A stretch of DNA of 64,000 bases from an uncultured delta proteobacterium (GTDB lineage: Bacteria > Myxococcota > Kuafuiibacteriia > Kuafuiibacteriales > Kuafuiibacteriaceae): assembly GCA_963803435.1 (NCBI GenBank), contig CAWDML010000009.1:1280001-1344000 (forward strand). Reading direction: 5' to 3'. Of this stretch, positions 30,784 to 42,078 are shown piece after piece (positions within the stretch are counted from its first letter, which is position 1; each line of letters opens with the position of its first letter). Under the pieces are notes generated by a model. The model searched no databases, was not told the origin of the DNA, and saw only the letters and a list, made by a program, of their open reading frames with translations. Made by a program: the position numbers and the translations under genes.

Positions 30784-32709
30784 TCAGGCGGTTGGCGCGC
30801 GGTGGGGGCGCGGATCGAAAACCTGAACGTCTTCGGTGGCTTGGGGGAGCGGGAGGACGATGGTGAACTCGGACCCGGCCCCGACCCTGGAATTCACCCT
30901 GAGCTGCGCTCCGTGCTCGGTCACGATCTGCTGGCAGAGCCCCAGGCCCAAACCCGTTCCGGTCAGCTTCGTCGAGTAGAAGGGATCGAAGATCCGATCG
31001 AGGGCCTCCTCGGGGATCCCCGCTCCCTGGTCCTTCACGAAGACGGCCAGCGCCTCGCCGTCACGGCGCGCCCCGAGCCGGAGCGTCCCGCCCTCCGGCA
31101 TGGACTCCTTCGCGTTGCGCACCAGGTTCAGGATCGCTTGGCGCATCTGATCGGCGTCGAGGTGGATGCGCGGCAGGTCGTCGGGGACGTCGAGCTCGAG
31201 CTTCACCTTCGCGGCCTCGCAGTCCCGGCGGACGAAGGTACCGAGGGTGGTGAGGATCTCGCCGACGTCCGCCAGGCGGAGGTCCGGGCGGGGCAGGCGC
31301 GCGAACTTGAGGTACTCCTCGGTGATGGCCGTGAGGCGGTCGACCTCCCGGATGATCGCCTTGCACAGCGTCTCGGCCTCTCCGCCCTCGGCGGTGTCCC
31401 GCAGCATCTCGGCGTTGAGCCCGATCGAGGACAACGGGTTGCGGATCTCGTGTGTGACATGCGCGCTCATCCGTCCGATCGCCGCCAGCCGCTCGGAGCG
31501 GATCAGCGCCTCCTTGGTCCGGACCGCCTCCGTCACGTCCTCGAGCGCCACCACCAACCCGAGCACCTCGTCCTTCTCGTTGAGGAGCGGCGCCACGGTC
31601 ACGTCCGCCAGGAGCTCGCCCATGTGGAGCGCCTCGACGTGGGTGGTCTCGCTCCGCTCCAGCAGCGCGCGGACGGGGCTGAGACGCTCTACCAGCGGCC
31701 GCATCGTCTCGACGTCCTCGAGCGAATGACCGCGGACCTTCGCCGGGTCGAGGCCCCAGTGGGCCTCGGCCGCACGGTTGGTGCTGGTGACGCAGAGCCG
31801 CCGATCGGTCACCACCACGCCGGTCCGCAGGCTACGGACGATGCTCTCGTGGTAGCGCTTGAGGTCCTCCACGCGCCGGTAGGCCCGCTCCAGCTCCACC
31901 GCCTGCCGGTCGAGCTCGTCCTCGCGATCCTTCTGGGCGCGGGCCATCCGCCGCAGCTCCTCCGCCAGCGACGCCACCTCGTCGTTCCCCCCGACCTCGA
32001 CGCTGGTCTCGTAGTCGCCCCGGGAGATCGCCTTCGCCAGCTTGTGGATCGGCGCCAGCGAGCGCCCGGCCAGGACGGTCAGGATGACCCCGATGATGAG
32101 GGCGACGGCCGTCATGATGACGATGCGCCAGATGGCGTTGAGCTCCTCGAGCTCGGCCCGATGGACGGCCCGATCGGTCGCATCGCTGATCTGCTTGTTG
32201 AGCTGGAAGATCTCGGTGCTGAGGGCGCCGTCGAGCTCCGGGAGCCGCGGCGCCAGATCGCGCACGTCCTCCCCGGCCTGCACACGCTGGAAGATTCGAT
32301 TGGTGAGCTCGGTGACGGCCTCGTGCCGGTCGGCGATCTGGTCGATCCGCCGGATGATCTCGTCGTAGAACTCCGGCTCGTTCGAGCGCTCGTGCTCCGC
32401 GACGCGCCGGATCTCCTCCACCGCCGCCCGGATGACGTTGGGGAAGTACTCGACGGCGATCCGCAGGATCACCTCGCGGCTCTTCGGATCCTCCTCCTGG
32501 AGCCCGCTGCGCAGATCGCGGAAGCGGTTCTGCTGGTGGGTCTCGAGCTGGGCGACGCCGCGGGCGAGGGCGAGGTGCCCCTCCTTGATCGCTCGCAAGT
32601 CCTTCGCCACGCTCCGGATCTGGACCACGCTGATGAACGCGAGGACCACCGCGCAAGAGAGCAGCACCATGAACCCGAGGAAGATCTTGGTGGCGAGCGA
32701 GAGCTTCAC
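30784..32709 (-). CDS. Membrane sensor histidine kinase (periplasmic sensor, HAMP, PAS, HisKA, HATPase)
   Basis: Two TMs; HEIRNPL, NLVRNA, DQGAGI, FDPFYSTK, GTGLGL. Confidence 0.92.
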   Translation of the reverse strand: MKLSLATKIFLGFMVLLSCAVVLAFISVVQIRSVAKDLRAIKEGHLALARGVAQLETHQQNRFRDLRSGLQEEDPKSREVILRIAVEYFPNVIRAAVEEIRRVAEHERSNEPEFYDEIIRRIDQIADRHEAVTELTNRIFQRVQAGEDVRDLAPRLPELDGALSTEIFQLNKQISDATDRAVHRAELEELNAIWRIVIMTAVALIIGVILTVLAGRSLAPIHKLAKAISRGDYETSVEVGGNDEVASLAEELRRMARAQKDREDELDRQAVELERAYRRVEDLKRYHESIVRSLRTGVVVTDRRLCVTSTNRAAEAHWGLDPAKVRGHSLEDVETMRPLVERLSPVRALLERSETTHVEALHMGELLADVTVAPLLNEKDEVLGLVVALEDVTEAVRTKEALIRSERLAAIGRMSAHVTHEIRNPLSSIGLNAEMLRDTAEGGEAETLCKAIIREVDRLTAITEEYLKFARLPRPDLRLADVGEILTTLGTFVRRDCEAAKVKLELDVPDDLPRIHLDADQMRQAILNLVRNAKESMPEGGTLRLGARRDGEALAVFVKDQGAGIPEEALDRIFDPFYSTKLTGTGLGLGLCQQIVTEHGAQLRVNSRVGAGSEFTIVLPLPQATEDVQVFDPRPHRAPTA

Positions 32710-32738
32710 GTTCTCACCAAACACGCTAGCATACGGGG

Positions 32739-33446
32739 GTGTTCGCCCTGCTTCTTTTCACCCTGGCGGGCCAGCCGCAAGAACCGCAGCCGGACGCCCA
32801 CCTGGTGGACATGGTGGTGGCACAGGCGGACTCCACGGTCGTCACGCTGTCGGAGCTGATGGCCGAGACCCGGTTGGTCCTCCTGCGCACCCGCGGGCTC
32901 GATCTGGCCCGTTCGGGCGCGATCAGCCGGCCGCTGATGCTGGCCGTGCTCCGGTCGATCGTGCAGCGGGAGCTGATCCTCGGCGAGGTGCACCGGTTGA
33001 ACCTGCAGGTGCCGGAGGAGGAGGTCGAGCGGGCGCTCGCCGCGGTGCGTCGCAAGTTTCCCACGCCGGAGGACTACCAGCGGTTCATGGACCTGACGGG
33101 GTTTCGGGATCCGGTGACCGGCCAGACTCCGTTGCTCTCGGCGGTGCTCCGGAGCGAGCTGCAGGTGGAGCGCTACCTCGATCTGCGGGTGCGCCTCAAC
33201 GTCGTGATCCCCGAGCCCGACCTGATCCGCTGCTTCGAGATGAACGAGAAGAAGTTCTTCGGCCGCAGCTACGCCGAGATGAAGCCGCGGATCCAGCTCG
33301 TGCTCCGGGAACAGCGCGAGCAGAGGGCGCTCAGCGACCTCGTCACCCAGCTGTCGAACCGCGCCAAGATCCGCTACGCACCCGGCTTCGATCCCGGACC
33401 GAGCGCGCCCGAAGCGCCCTCGGTGGCCTTCCAGTGTCCCGACTGA
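32739..33446 (+). CDS. Exported SurA N-terminal-like protein
   Basis: Signal-like N-terminus; VDMVVAQADSTVVTLSEL, LRSIVQRELIL, LSNRAKIRY resemble the SurA chaperone core. Confidence 0.55.
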   Translation: MFALLLFTLAGQPQEPQPDAHLVDMVVAQADSTVVTLSELMAETRLVLLRTRGLDLARSGAISRPLMLAVLRSIVQRELILGEVHRLNLQVPEEEVERALAAVRRKFPTPEDYQRFMDLTGFRDPVTGQTPLLSAVLRSELQVERYLDLRVRLNVVIPEPDLIRCFEMNEKKFFGRSYAEMKPRIQLVLREQREQRALSDLVTQLSNRAKIRYAPGFDPGPSAPEAPSVAFQCPD

Positions 33447-33862
33447 TCATCCGCCCGGCGTGGGCCGGCGACGCTCCGCGAATGGCGGAGATCGCCTGCG
33501 CGGTCGAGCAGCCAACCTGGGACGCGGAGCGGTTCCAGCAGGAGCTGGCGCTACCGCAGAGCCGCGCCTTCGTGGCGGAGAAGGAGAGCGTCGTCGCGGG
33601 GTTCGCGATCGGATGGGAAGTGATCGACGAGCTCGAGCTTCACCTGATCGCCGTCGATGCCGCGCATCGCCGGCAGGGCCTGGGGACGGCGCTGCTCGAC
33701 ACCTTCGAGGCCGGCGCGCCGGTGGTGTACCTCGAGGTGGCCGAGTCGAACGCCGGCGCGCTCGCGCTCTACCGCGGGCGGGGCTATCGTGAGGTGGGCC
33801 GGCGGGCCCACTACTACGGCCGCGACGCGGCGGCGTTGCTCATGCGTTCCATCCGGCGGTAG
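33434..33862 (+). CDS. rimI: RimI-like GNAT N-acetyltransferase
   Basis: IAVDAAHRRQGLG, LEVAESNAGALALY, GRRAHYY. Confidence 0.8.
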   Translation: MSRLIIRPAWAGDAPRMAEIACAVEQPTWDAERFQQELALPQSRAFVAEKESVVAGFAIGWEVIDELELHLIAVDAAHRRQGLGTALLDTFEAGAPVVYLEVAESNAGALALYRGRGYREVGRRAHYYGRDAAALLMRSIRR

Positions 33863-33902
33863 TCCGTTGTCCCACGTGCCCGAGGGGCATACCGTCCGAC
33901 GG

Positions 33903-34469
33903 ATGCGCGCGTGGATGGTCCTCCCGCTCCTCTTCGCGTGCGGCGGGCGCAGCCAGCTCGGTGATCCGGACGGCGGCACGATGCTCGACCTGGACAGCGG
34001 CCCCCGGCCCGACGCCGGCTTCATCCCCGACATGGTCCTGGCGCGCGTGGTCATCGACGGCGACACCCTCATCGTCTCGGCAGGCTCGCACCTGAGGACC
34101 CCGGACGGGCGGCCGCTCGACGGGGAGAAGATCCGGCTCATCGGCGTGGACGCCCCCGAGATCGCACACCCGGACGCCCAGCCCCCGACGGAGGCCGACT
34201 GCTACGGTCCCGAGGCCGCCACGTTCACGGAGATGACCGTCGGCGGGCGGACCATCGAGCTCACCTACGACGCGAACAACGGCTATCGCGACCCCTACGA
34301 CCGGCTCCTCGCCTACGTGGCCCGCAACGGGATGGTGCTCCAGGAGCAGCTCCTGACGACCGGCAACGCCCGGGCGTTCCGCCAGTACAACCACCGAGAA
34401 CGCGACCACTACATCGAGCTCGAGTCCGCCGCGCGCGCGCAGCACCTCGGTCTGTGGTCCTGCCCTTGA
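33903..34469 (+). CDS. Thermonuclease (SNase-like) lipoprotein
   Basis: Lipobox LFAC; VIDGDT, IRLIGVDAPE, DPYDRLLAYV, ARAQHLGLW. Confidence 0.9.
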   Translation: MRAWMVLPLLFACGGRSQLGDPDGGTMLDLDSGPRPDAGFIPDMVLARVVIDGDTLIVSAGSHLRTPDGRPLDGEKIRLIGVDAPEIAHPDAQPPTEADCYGPEAATFTEMTVGGRTIELTYDANNGYRDPYDRLLAYVARNGMVLQEQLLTTGNARAFRQYNHRERDHYIELESAARAQHLGLWSCP

Positions 34470-35095
34470 GCGCGGCGCTGGTGGTGCTGGCCGGCGGCCG
34501 CGCCGCGCGCCTCCAGGGGCTCGTCAAGCCGCTCCTGGTGCGCTCCGACGGTCGCACGCTCCTCGCGCACCTCCTCGAGGCCCTGGCGCCGCTCGTCGAG
34601 GAGACGGTGATCGTGGCGCCCGCCGCGATCGCCGGGCTCTTCCCGGGGCGGGTGATCGAGGATCCGGGGCGGGGGCCGGGGATCGCATTGATCACGGCGG
34701 CCCGCGCCCTCTCCCAGCCACGGATCCTGGCGGCCGCGGGCGATCTGGTGACGCCGTCGCCGGCGCTCGGCGCGCATCTGTTGGCCTCACCCCATCCGGC
34801 CGCGGTCGTGTCGAAGGACGGCGTGCTCCAGCCCGCCTTCGCAGCGTATTCGACGGCGCCGCTGGCCGGCCTGGCTTCGCGGGATGACCTCCCTCCCGGA
34901 GGCGCCTCGGGAAGGCTCTCCAGCCTGCGCGCGTGTCTCTCCGCGCTGGGAGCGTTCGTGATCGACGCGGGTGACCTCGCACCCGAGATGCTGCACGCGT
35001 TCGACGACGTCGACACGCCCGCGGACGTCGTGCGGGCTTTGCTCTCGACGGCGGGCGTACCGACCTGGCCCCACCTTGCCGCCGACGCACAGTGA
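34466..35095 (+). CDS. MobA-like NTP transferase (molybdenum cofactor guanylyltransferase family)
   Basis: VLAGGRAARLQG..KPLL, AGDL, DVDTPAD. Confidence 0.7.
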   Translation: MSAALVVLAGGRAARLQGLVKPLLVRSDGRTLLAHLLEALAPLVEETVIVAPAAIAGLFPGRVIEDPGRGPGIALITAARALSQPRILAAAGDLVTPSPALGAHLLASPHPAAVVSKDGVLQPAFAAYSTAPLAGLASRDDLPPGGASGRLSSLRACLSALGAFVIDAGDLAPEMLHAFDDVDTPADVVRALLSTAGVPTWPHLAADAQ

Positions 35096-35112
35096 CACGA
35101 TGATGCGGCTTG

Positions 35113-35703
35113 ATGCTGCGGCGCGATCTCGCCCCGCTGGATAGCTACCTCGCCGACGCCATGTCGATGGACGTGGCGGCGTTCTGCGATCGCTACCCGT
35201 GGCCGGTCCTGGTGACCCCCGAGCCCTCCCCGGACCTGATGCGTCGCCTGAGGCGTCCGGAGACCGTGGTCCAGGAGGTGACGATGTCCACCCAGGATCT
35301 GGATCCGATGGCGCCCGGGATGGTGGGCGCCAGCCTGGACGCGCTCTGCTTGCTGGTCCGGCCCCTCGATCCCGGACGCACCCGCATGCGGATCGGCCGA
35401 GCCCCCAGCGCCGACGTCATCCTGATCGACGAGAGCATCTCGCGCACCCACGCCGAGCTGGAGTGGGATCGTCCCGCCGAACGGGCCCTCCTGACGGACC
35501 TCGGCACCAAGAACGGCACGGTCGTCGATCACCGGCGGCTCGCGCCCCGGCAGAGCGTCCTCCTCGTCCCAGGCTCGGTGGTGATGTTCGGCTCGCTGGC
35601 GACGCGCTTCTACTCGCCGCGAACGTTCCGGGCCTGGCTCGCCACAGGCGCGCCCCGCTCGGGGGCCTCGCCAGGGAAGTGGCCCACGGGCCTGGTCACC
35701 TGA
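35113..35703 (+). CDS. FHA domain protein
   Basis: Canonical IGRAPSAD...SISRTHA...DLGTKNGT with intact pThr-binding residues. Confidence 0.88.
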   Translation: MLRRDLAPLDSYLADAMSMDVAAFCDRYPWPVLVTPEPSPDLMRRLRRPETVVQEVTMSTQDLDPMAPGMVGASLDALCLLVRPLDPGRTRMRIGRAPSADVILIDESISRTHAELEWDRPAERALLTDLGTKNGTVVDHRRLAPRQSVLLVPGSVVMFGSLATRFYSPRTFRAWLATGAPRSGASPGKWPTGLVT

Positions 35704-35743
35704 GAACCGGTCCTAAACCGTTCCGTTCGCCGGATGACTACGG

Positions 35744-37294
35744 CTACCGGCCGGGGTTGCGGGCGGCCTGGCGCTCTTGATCGTCGTAGCTGAGGGCGAC
35801 GGGGTGGACCTTCACGTCCGCGCGATCGCGGAGCTTCTTGGTCCAGCCCTCGTACGCGGCGTTCTGCTTGGCGATGGTGAGGCTGTACGCGAGCCCGAGC
35901 TTCGCCTTGTCGAAGTCGGCGTCGGTGGGCGCCTTGCGCTCCTTCAGGCGGAGGATCACCCACGCCGTATCGCTCTCGATGGGCGTCGCGGGGACCGGCT
36001 TCTCGGGCGTGAGCGCCCAGGCGGCGGCGGCGACCTCCTTGGCCTGGCCGAGCCGCGGGAGGAAGTCGCGGCCCTCGGGGAACGGTCCGGTCTCCTCGAC
36101 CTTGAGATCCGTCGAGCCGGAGGCCGCCACCACGTCGGCGAGCGTAGGCTTCTGGAGGGCGAGGGCCTCGAGGGTGTCCGCCTTCTTCTTGGCGAGCGCG
36201 CCGGCCTTCTCGTCGCGGACCAAGGCCTCGACGATCTCGTCCTTCACGTCCTCGAGCTTGCGCTGCACCGGATCCTGGATCTCGGTGACCTTGATGATGT
36301 GGTAGCCGAACGGGGTCTCGACGACCTTGGAGACCTCGCCCGCCTTCAGCGCGAAGGCGGCCTCCTCGATCGGGGGCATCATCTGGCCATTGGAGAAGCA
36401 GCCCAGATCGCCGCCCTTGTCCTTGTTTGAGTCGTCGGAGAACTTCTTGGCAGCGGCCGCGAAGTCCATGCCGCCGGCCACGGCCCGGGCGGCGTCGTCG
36501 ATCTTCTTCTGCGCGGCCGTCCGGACGTCCGGCGCCGCCTCCTTGGTCAGGCGGACCAGGATGTGCTGGGCACAGACCTTCTTCGGGACGTCGTAGCGGG
36601 AGCTCTTGAAGCGCTGGTAGTACTTCAGGATCTTGTCCTCGGCGTCGGGCTGCTTGTTCCACTCCTCGATGTCGGCGGCGGTGATCGTGCCGACCTGATC
36701 GGCGAACATGCTCTTCGGGACCTGGATGAACTCGACGTTCACCTTGGTCTGCTCGCGCATGAACTGATCCTTCATCTCCTTGTCTGAGACGCGCATGGCC
36801 TGGACGAGCGACAGGTAGATGCTCGAGAGGATCCGCTCCCGCTCCGACTGCTCGAAGCGCGTGTCGCTGGTCTGCATCTGGTTGAGGAAGCGCTCGTACA
36901 GGTCGCGGCTGAAGTGGCCGTCCTGCTGGAAGCTCTCGTTCTCGACGATCCGATCCCTCAGCATCTGGTCGTCGACCGCCAGGCCGTTCTCCTTGGCGGT
37001 CTTCGCCAGCACCTTGGTGGTCACCAGCCCGTACAGAACGTTCTCCCGGAGCTTGTCCCGCTCGGCGGCCTCCTTGTTGTATCGGGGATCCTGCATCTGC
37101 CGATACCGGTACTGGCTGGCGTACACCGCCGAGTACTCGGTGTCGGAGATGACGTCTCCGTCCACCTCGGCGGCATAGAAGCCCTTGGGGCCGCCTTGGT
37201 AGCTGATTCCGAAGCCGATCATGACCAGGGCCGTGAGGCCGAGGAGGAAGGTGATGATCGGACTGTTCTTGTGGCGGCGGAGCGCACCGAGCAT
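35744..37294 (-). CDS. PpiD/SurA-like membrane-anchored parvulin PPIase chaperone
   Basis: N-terminal TM, SurA_N region, HILV...SDDSNKDKGGDLG...ETPFGYHIIKV; divergent from mreB. Confidence 0.88.
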   Translation of the reverse strand: MLGALRRHKNSPIITFLLGLTALVMIGFGISYQGGPKGFYAAEVDGDVISDTEYSAVYASQYRYRQMQDPRYNKEAAERDKLRENVLYGLVTTKVLAKTAKENGLAVDDQMLRDRIVENESFQQDGHFSRDLYERFLNQMQTSDTRFEQSERERILSSIYLSLVQAMRVSDKEMKDQFMREQTKVNVEFIQVPKSMFADQVGTITAADIEEWNKQPDAEDKILKYYQRFKSSRYDVPKKVCAQHILVRLTKEAAPDVRTAAQKKIDDAARAVAGGMDFAAAAKKFSDDSNKDKGGDLGCFSNGQMMPPIEEAAFALKAGEVSKVVETPFGYHIIKVTEIQDPVQRKLEDVKDEIVEALVRDEKAGALAKKKADTLEALALQKPTLADVVAASGSTDLKVEETGPFPEGRDFLPRLGQAKEVAAAAWALTPEKPVPATPIESDTAWVILRLKERKAPTDADFDKAKLGLAYSLTIAKQNAAYEGWTKKLRDRADVKVHPVALSYDDQERQAARNPGR

Positions 37295-37367
37295 GACGGG
37301 GCCTGGTCTATCGGAATGGATTGAGATTTGAAAGGGCCTTTGATACTTGCGGAGCTGGGCTTCGCCC

Positions 37368-38399
<1,032 letters not shown>

Positions 38400-38416
38400 G
38401 ATCCAGGTCGTCCTCG

Positions 38417-39334
38417 GTGGTTCGGTTTCTCAAGCGCTACCAGACTCCGATCGCCGTCCTGCTGTCGATCCTGGTCCCGCTCATCGTCTATCGAGCCAAC
38501 GCCGCCACGCCAGGGGAGGCGAACGTCGTCGACAAGATCGTCCTGTTCGCCACCAGCCCGCTCGAGCACCTGATGACCTGGGCTACGGGCCTGGTGAGCG
38601 ACTCCTGGTACGAGTACGTGGACATCGTCGACGCGCGGAAGGAGAACGCGGAGCTGCGCCGGCGCCTGCTGGCGGTGGAGCGGGACGTGGACATTCTCCG
38701 CACGCTCGAGATCGAGAACCGTCACCTGACCGCGCTGCTCGACATTAAGGAGAAGAACCCGACCTTCCGTTTCCAGGCGGCGCGGGTGATCGCCGCGGGG
38801 AGCTCGCCGCTGTCGCGCACGCTGGAGATCGATCGGGGATCGCTCGCCGGCATCCGCCGCGGCATGCCGGTGATCGCGGGCCAGGGGCTGGTCGGCGTGA
38901 TCCAGCGGGTCGGCTGGTCGACGGCCGAGGTGCTCACGATCGCCGACGACAAGGTGGCGGTGCGGGCCCTGGTGGTGAGGACGCGCGCCCGCGGCCGCGT
39001 GCGGGGGCGCGGGCTGTTCCCTCGCTTCAAGCTGAAGCTCTCGGAGGTGCTGCGCGACGACGACGTCGCCGTGGGCGATCGGATCACCACGTCGGGACAC
39101 GACGCCGTCTTCCCGGCCGGCATCCCGATCGGTGAGGTGACCGACGTGGTGGTGGAGACCGGCGTGCAGCATCGCGTCGCCGAGGTCGAGCCGTACGTGG
39201 ACTTCGCGCGCCTCGAGGACGTCTCGGTGATCCTCGACGCCGCCAAGGGCGAGCCGATCGTGACCCCCGAGCCGCTCCGGCCGCCGGCGTTGCTCGAGGC
39301 CCCACCCGCGACCCCGCCGGAGGCCAAGCGATGA
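38417..39334 (+). CDS. mreC: Rod shape-determining protein MreC
   Basis: TM, coiled coil (ENAELRR, ENRHLTALL), IDRGS..GI, TSG.D.VFPAGIPIG. Confidence 0.92.
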   Translation: MVRFLKRYQTPIAVLLSILVPLIVYRANAATPGEANVVDKIVLFATSPLEHLMTWATGLVSDSWYEYVDIVDARKENAELRRRLLAVERDVDILRTLEIENRHLTALLDIKEKNPTFRFQAARVIAAGSSPLSRTLEIDRGSLAGIRRGMPVIAGQGLVGVIQRVGWSTAEVLTIADDKVAVRALVVRTRARGRVRGRGLFPRFKLKLSEVLRDDDVAVGDRITTSGHDAVFPAGIPIGEVTDVVVETGVQHRVAEVEPYVDFARLEDVSVILDAAKGEPIVTPEPLRPPALLEAPPATPPEAKR

Positions 39335-39900
39335 CGATCGACATCCTCGACAAGCCGCGCCGGGCCGGGCTCAAGGCACTGCTCAAGTCCGGCCGGCTGC
39401 GGGTGGCGCTGGTGGTGATCGCGGCGGCGATCCTCCTCACCGTGCAGAGCGTCGTGGCGCAAAAGCCGCGCTTGCGCCCGGACGTGGCCAGCCTGGTGAT
39501 CGTGTACCTCGCGATGGACCACGAGCTGATCCCTGGGCTCGTCGTGGCGCTGGTGGTCGGCTACGTGGCCGATGTCTTCTCGGGTCAGGCGCCCGGGCTC
39601 TACATGGCGTCGCTGGTGGTCGTCTACCTGGTCCTCCGGCTGATCGTGTTGCGGATCGTCGGGTCGCGGTGGTTCATCGTGACAGGCTTGTCGATCCTCG
39701 CCACCTTCCTGGGGATCCTGGTCCGACTCTCCATCGTCGACGTCCTGGGACCCGGCGGGGTCGGCTTCCGGACCATCGGGCCCACCCTCCCGGTCGCGTT
39801 TCTGGTGGCGGTCCTCGGCGGCTATCCGATCTATCGGCTGCTCGGCTTCTGCGAGCACGGGTTGCGGGCGGACGCGAGCCGGCCGCCTGCCTTACACTGA
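39331..39900 (+). CDS. mreD: Rod shape-determining protein MreD
   Basis: Hydrophobic; PDVASL, GYVADVFSG..PGLY; between mreC and mrdA. Confidence 0.8.
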   Translation: MTIDILDKPRRAGLKALLKSGRLRVALVVIAAAILLTVQSVVAQKPRLRPDVASLVIVYLAMDHELIPGLVVALVVGYVADVFSGQAPGLYMASLVVVYLVLRLIVLRIVGSRWFIVTGLSILATFLGILVRLSIVDVLGPGGVGFRTIGPTLPVAFLVAVLGGYPIYRLLGFCEHGLRADASRPPALH

Positions 39901-39909
39901 GAAGAACGC

Positions 39910-42078
39910 GTGGGCCTCCCAGGCGAGAAGTCGACCGATGCCTCCGCCGCCGCCACCCGCGGTGTGGTGATGGGCGCGTTCGCGGTGATCGTCTTCGGCG
40001 TGATCATGGTCCGCCTCTACATGGTCCAGATCCAGCAGGGCACCGAGTTCCGCGAGAAGTCGCTGAACAACTTCATCCAGTTCAAGCGGCTCGATCACGA
40101 TCGGGGCGAGATCGTGGATCGGGAGGGGCGCGTGCTGGTCACGAACCGGCCCTCGGTCGACGTCGCGGTCACGCCGGCGTTCTTCCCCAACGCCAACCGG
40201 ATGGTGCAGCGCCTGGGCGCGGCGGTCGGCGTGTCGTCGAAGGAGAGCGAGGCGATCGCGCAGGCGCTCTCCAAGGCGGTCCAGGAGCGAGGACCGCCGC
40301 TGCTCTTGGCGGCCGACCTCACCGAGCGGCAGGCGTCCGCGATCCGCAAGGTCCAGAACGAGCTCGAGATCGGGCTGGAGAGCGTCCCGATCATCGAGAT
40401 GCCGGGCGAGCAGGATCGGTACGCCGCCTACCTGGATCCGGAGCATTTCCCCGGCCTGGGACGCATCATCCGCAGGCTCACCGAGCTGATGTCGCTCGAC
40501 GAGAGCGACGTGGCGGCGCTCCGCCGTCGCATCCGGCGGGCCACCGGGCTCGATCGCTACCTCGAGATCCTGGTGCGGCGCGACGTGCCGCCCGAGGTGG
40601 AGGGCCCGGTCGAGCTGGACATCGAGCTCGGCGAGCTGCCCGGTGTCTCGATCCGTAGCTCGAAGGCGCGCACGTATCGCTACGGCGCGATGGCGGCGCA
40701 CCTGCTCGGGTACGTCAACGAGGTGTCGACGCAGGACCTCGACGAGAAGCGGGAGCTGGGCTACCGCATCGGCGACTCGATCGGGCGCCGCGGCGTCGAG
40801 AAGACCTTCGAGGGCGAGCTGCGCGGAACGGACGGTCGCGAGACGATCGTGGTGGACAGCAAGGGCCGGTCGCAGTCGACCAAGTTCGCGCAGCAGCTGG
40901 AGAAGAGCGCGGGCGAGAACGTGAAGCCGAGGCCGGGCAACCGGGTGGTCCTCACGCTCGATCTCGACCTCCAGATGGTGGCGGAGAAGGCGTTCCTGAC
41001 CCAGAAGGCGGGGGCCCTGGTGATGCTCGAGGTGAACACGGGCCGGGTGCTGGCGCTGACGAGCACGCCGTCGTTCGATCCGAACAAGCTCACCGGCTAC
41101 TTCGACCCGGCCGAGAAGCGGCGCCTCGACGAGATGCGCGATCTCCGTCCGTGGCGGTTCCGCGCGATCCAGGACTACTTCGCGCCCGGCTCCACCTTCA
41201 AGGTGGTGACCGGGCTGGCGGCGCAGAAGCAGGGCGTCAGTCGGATCAACGAGCCGGTGACCTGTCCGGGTGCGTTCCGCCTGGGCGCGACGCGCTTCCG
41301 CTGCTGGAAGGAGTCGGGGCACGGCCCGCTCGACCTCGTGCACGCGATCGAGCACTCGTGCGACGTCTACTTCTACACGATGGGCTCCCGCCTGGGCCTG
41401 GACCCGATCGCGGAGATGGCCGTCTCGCTCGGGTTCGGAAAGCGGACAGGGATCGACCTGGCCGGCGAGTCGAGCGGCATCATGCCGACCAAGGCCTGGT
41501 ACAACCGCTACCTGCCGCCCTACACGCTGGGCGCCGCGGTGAACGCGTCGATCGGCCAGGGCGCCGTAGCGGTGACTCCGCTCCAGCTGGCGGTGGCGTA
41601 CGCGACGATCGCGAACGGCGGCACCGTCTACGAGCCGCAGATCGCGCTCCGCATCGAGTCGTACGACGGGCGCGCGGTCCGCGAGATCGCACCCAAGGTC
41701 CGGCGCAAGCTCGATCTGCCGCCCGACGCCCTGGCGGCGGTCCGCGAGGGCCTCCGCAAGGTGGTCAACGAGCCGGGCGGCACGGCGTACAGCCGGCGCC
41801 TGAAGGAGCTGGAGGTCTCGGGAAAGACAGGCACTGCCCAGGTGTCGGCCCTCGGCAAGAGCCGCGTCCGCGCCGAGACGCTGCCGTTCAACCTGCGCGA
41901 CCACGCCTGGTTCGCCTCGTTCGCGCCCTCGAATGCGCCGGAGGTGGTGGTGGTGGTGTTCGCCGAGCACGCAGGTCACGGAGGATCGGCGGCGGCGCCG
42001 ATCGCAATGGCGACGATCAAGGCCTGGTACGAGAAGAAGCAGGCGGCGATCCACGCGGAGGCGAACGATGGCTCGTAG
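39910..42078 (+). CDS. mrdA: Penicillin-binding protein 2 (class B transpeptidase)
   Basis: RGEIVDR, PGSTFK (SxxK), SCD (SxD), KTGTAQ, DHAWF. Confidence 0.95.
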   Translation: MGLPGEKSTDASAAATRGVVMGAFAVIVFGVIMVRLYMVQIQQGTEFREKSLNNFIQFKRLDHDRGEIVDREGRVLVTNRPSVDVAVTPAFFPNANRMVQRLGAAVGVSSKESEAIAQALSKAVQERGPPLLLAADLTERQASAIRKVQNELEIGLESVPIIEMPGEQDRYAAYLDPEHFPGLGRIIRRLTELMSLDESDVAALRRRIRRATGLDRYLEILVRRDVPPEVEGPVELDIELGELPGVSIRSSKARTYRYGAMAAHLLGYVNEVSTQDLDEKRELGYRIGDSIGRRGVEKTFEGELRGTDGRETIVVDSKGRSQSTKFAQQLEKSAGENVKPRPGNRVVLTLDLDLQMVAEKAFLTQKAGALVMLEVNTGRVLALTSTPSFDPNKLTGYFDPAEKRRLDEMRDLRPWRFRAIQDYFAPGSTFKVVTGLAAQKQGVSRINEPVTCPGAFRLGATRFRCWKESGHGPLDLVHAIEHSCDVYFYTMGSRLGLDPIAEMAVSLGFGKRTGIDLAGESSGIMPTKAWYNRYLPPYTLGAAVNASIGQGAVAVTPLQLAVAYATIANGGTVYEPQIALRIESYDGRAVREIAPKVRRKLDLPPDALAAVREGLRKVVNEPGGTAYSRRLKELEVSGKTGTAQVSALGKSRVRAETLPFNLRDHAWFASFAPSNAPEVVVVVFAEHAGHGGSAAAPIAMATIKAWYEKKQAAIHAEANDGS

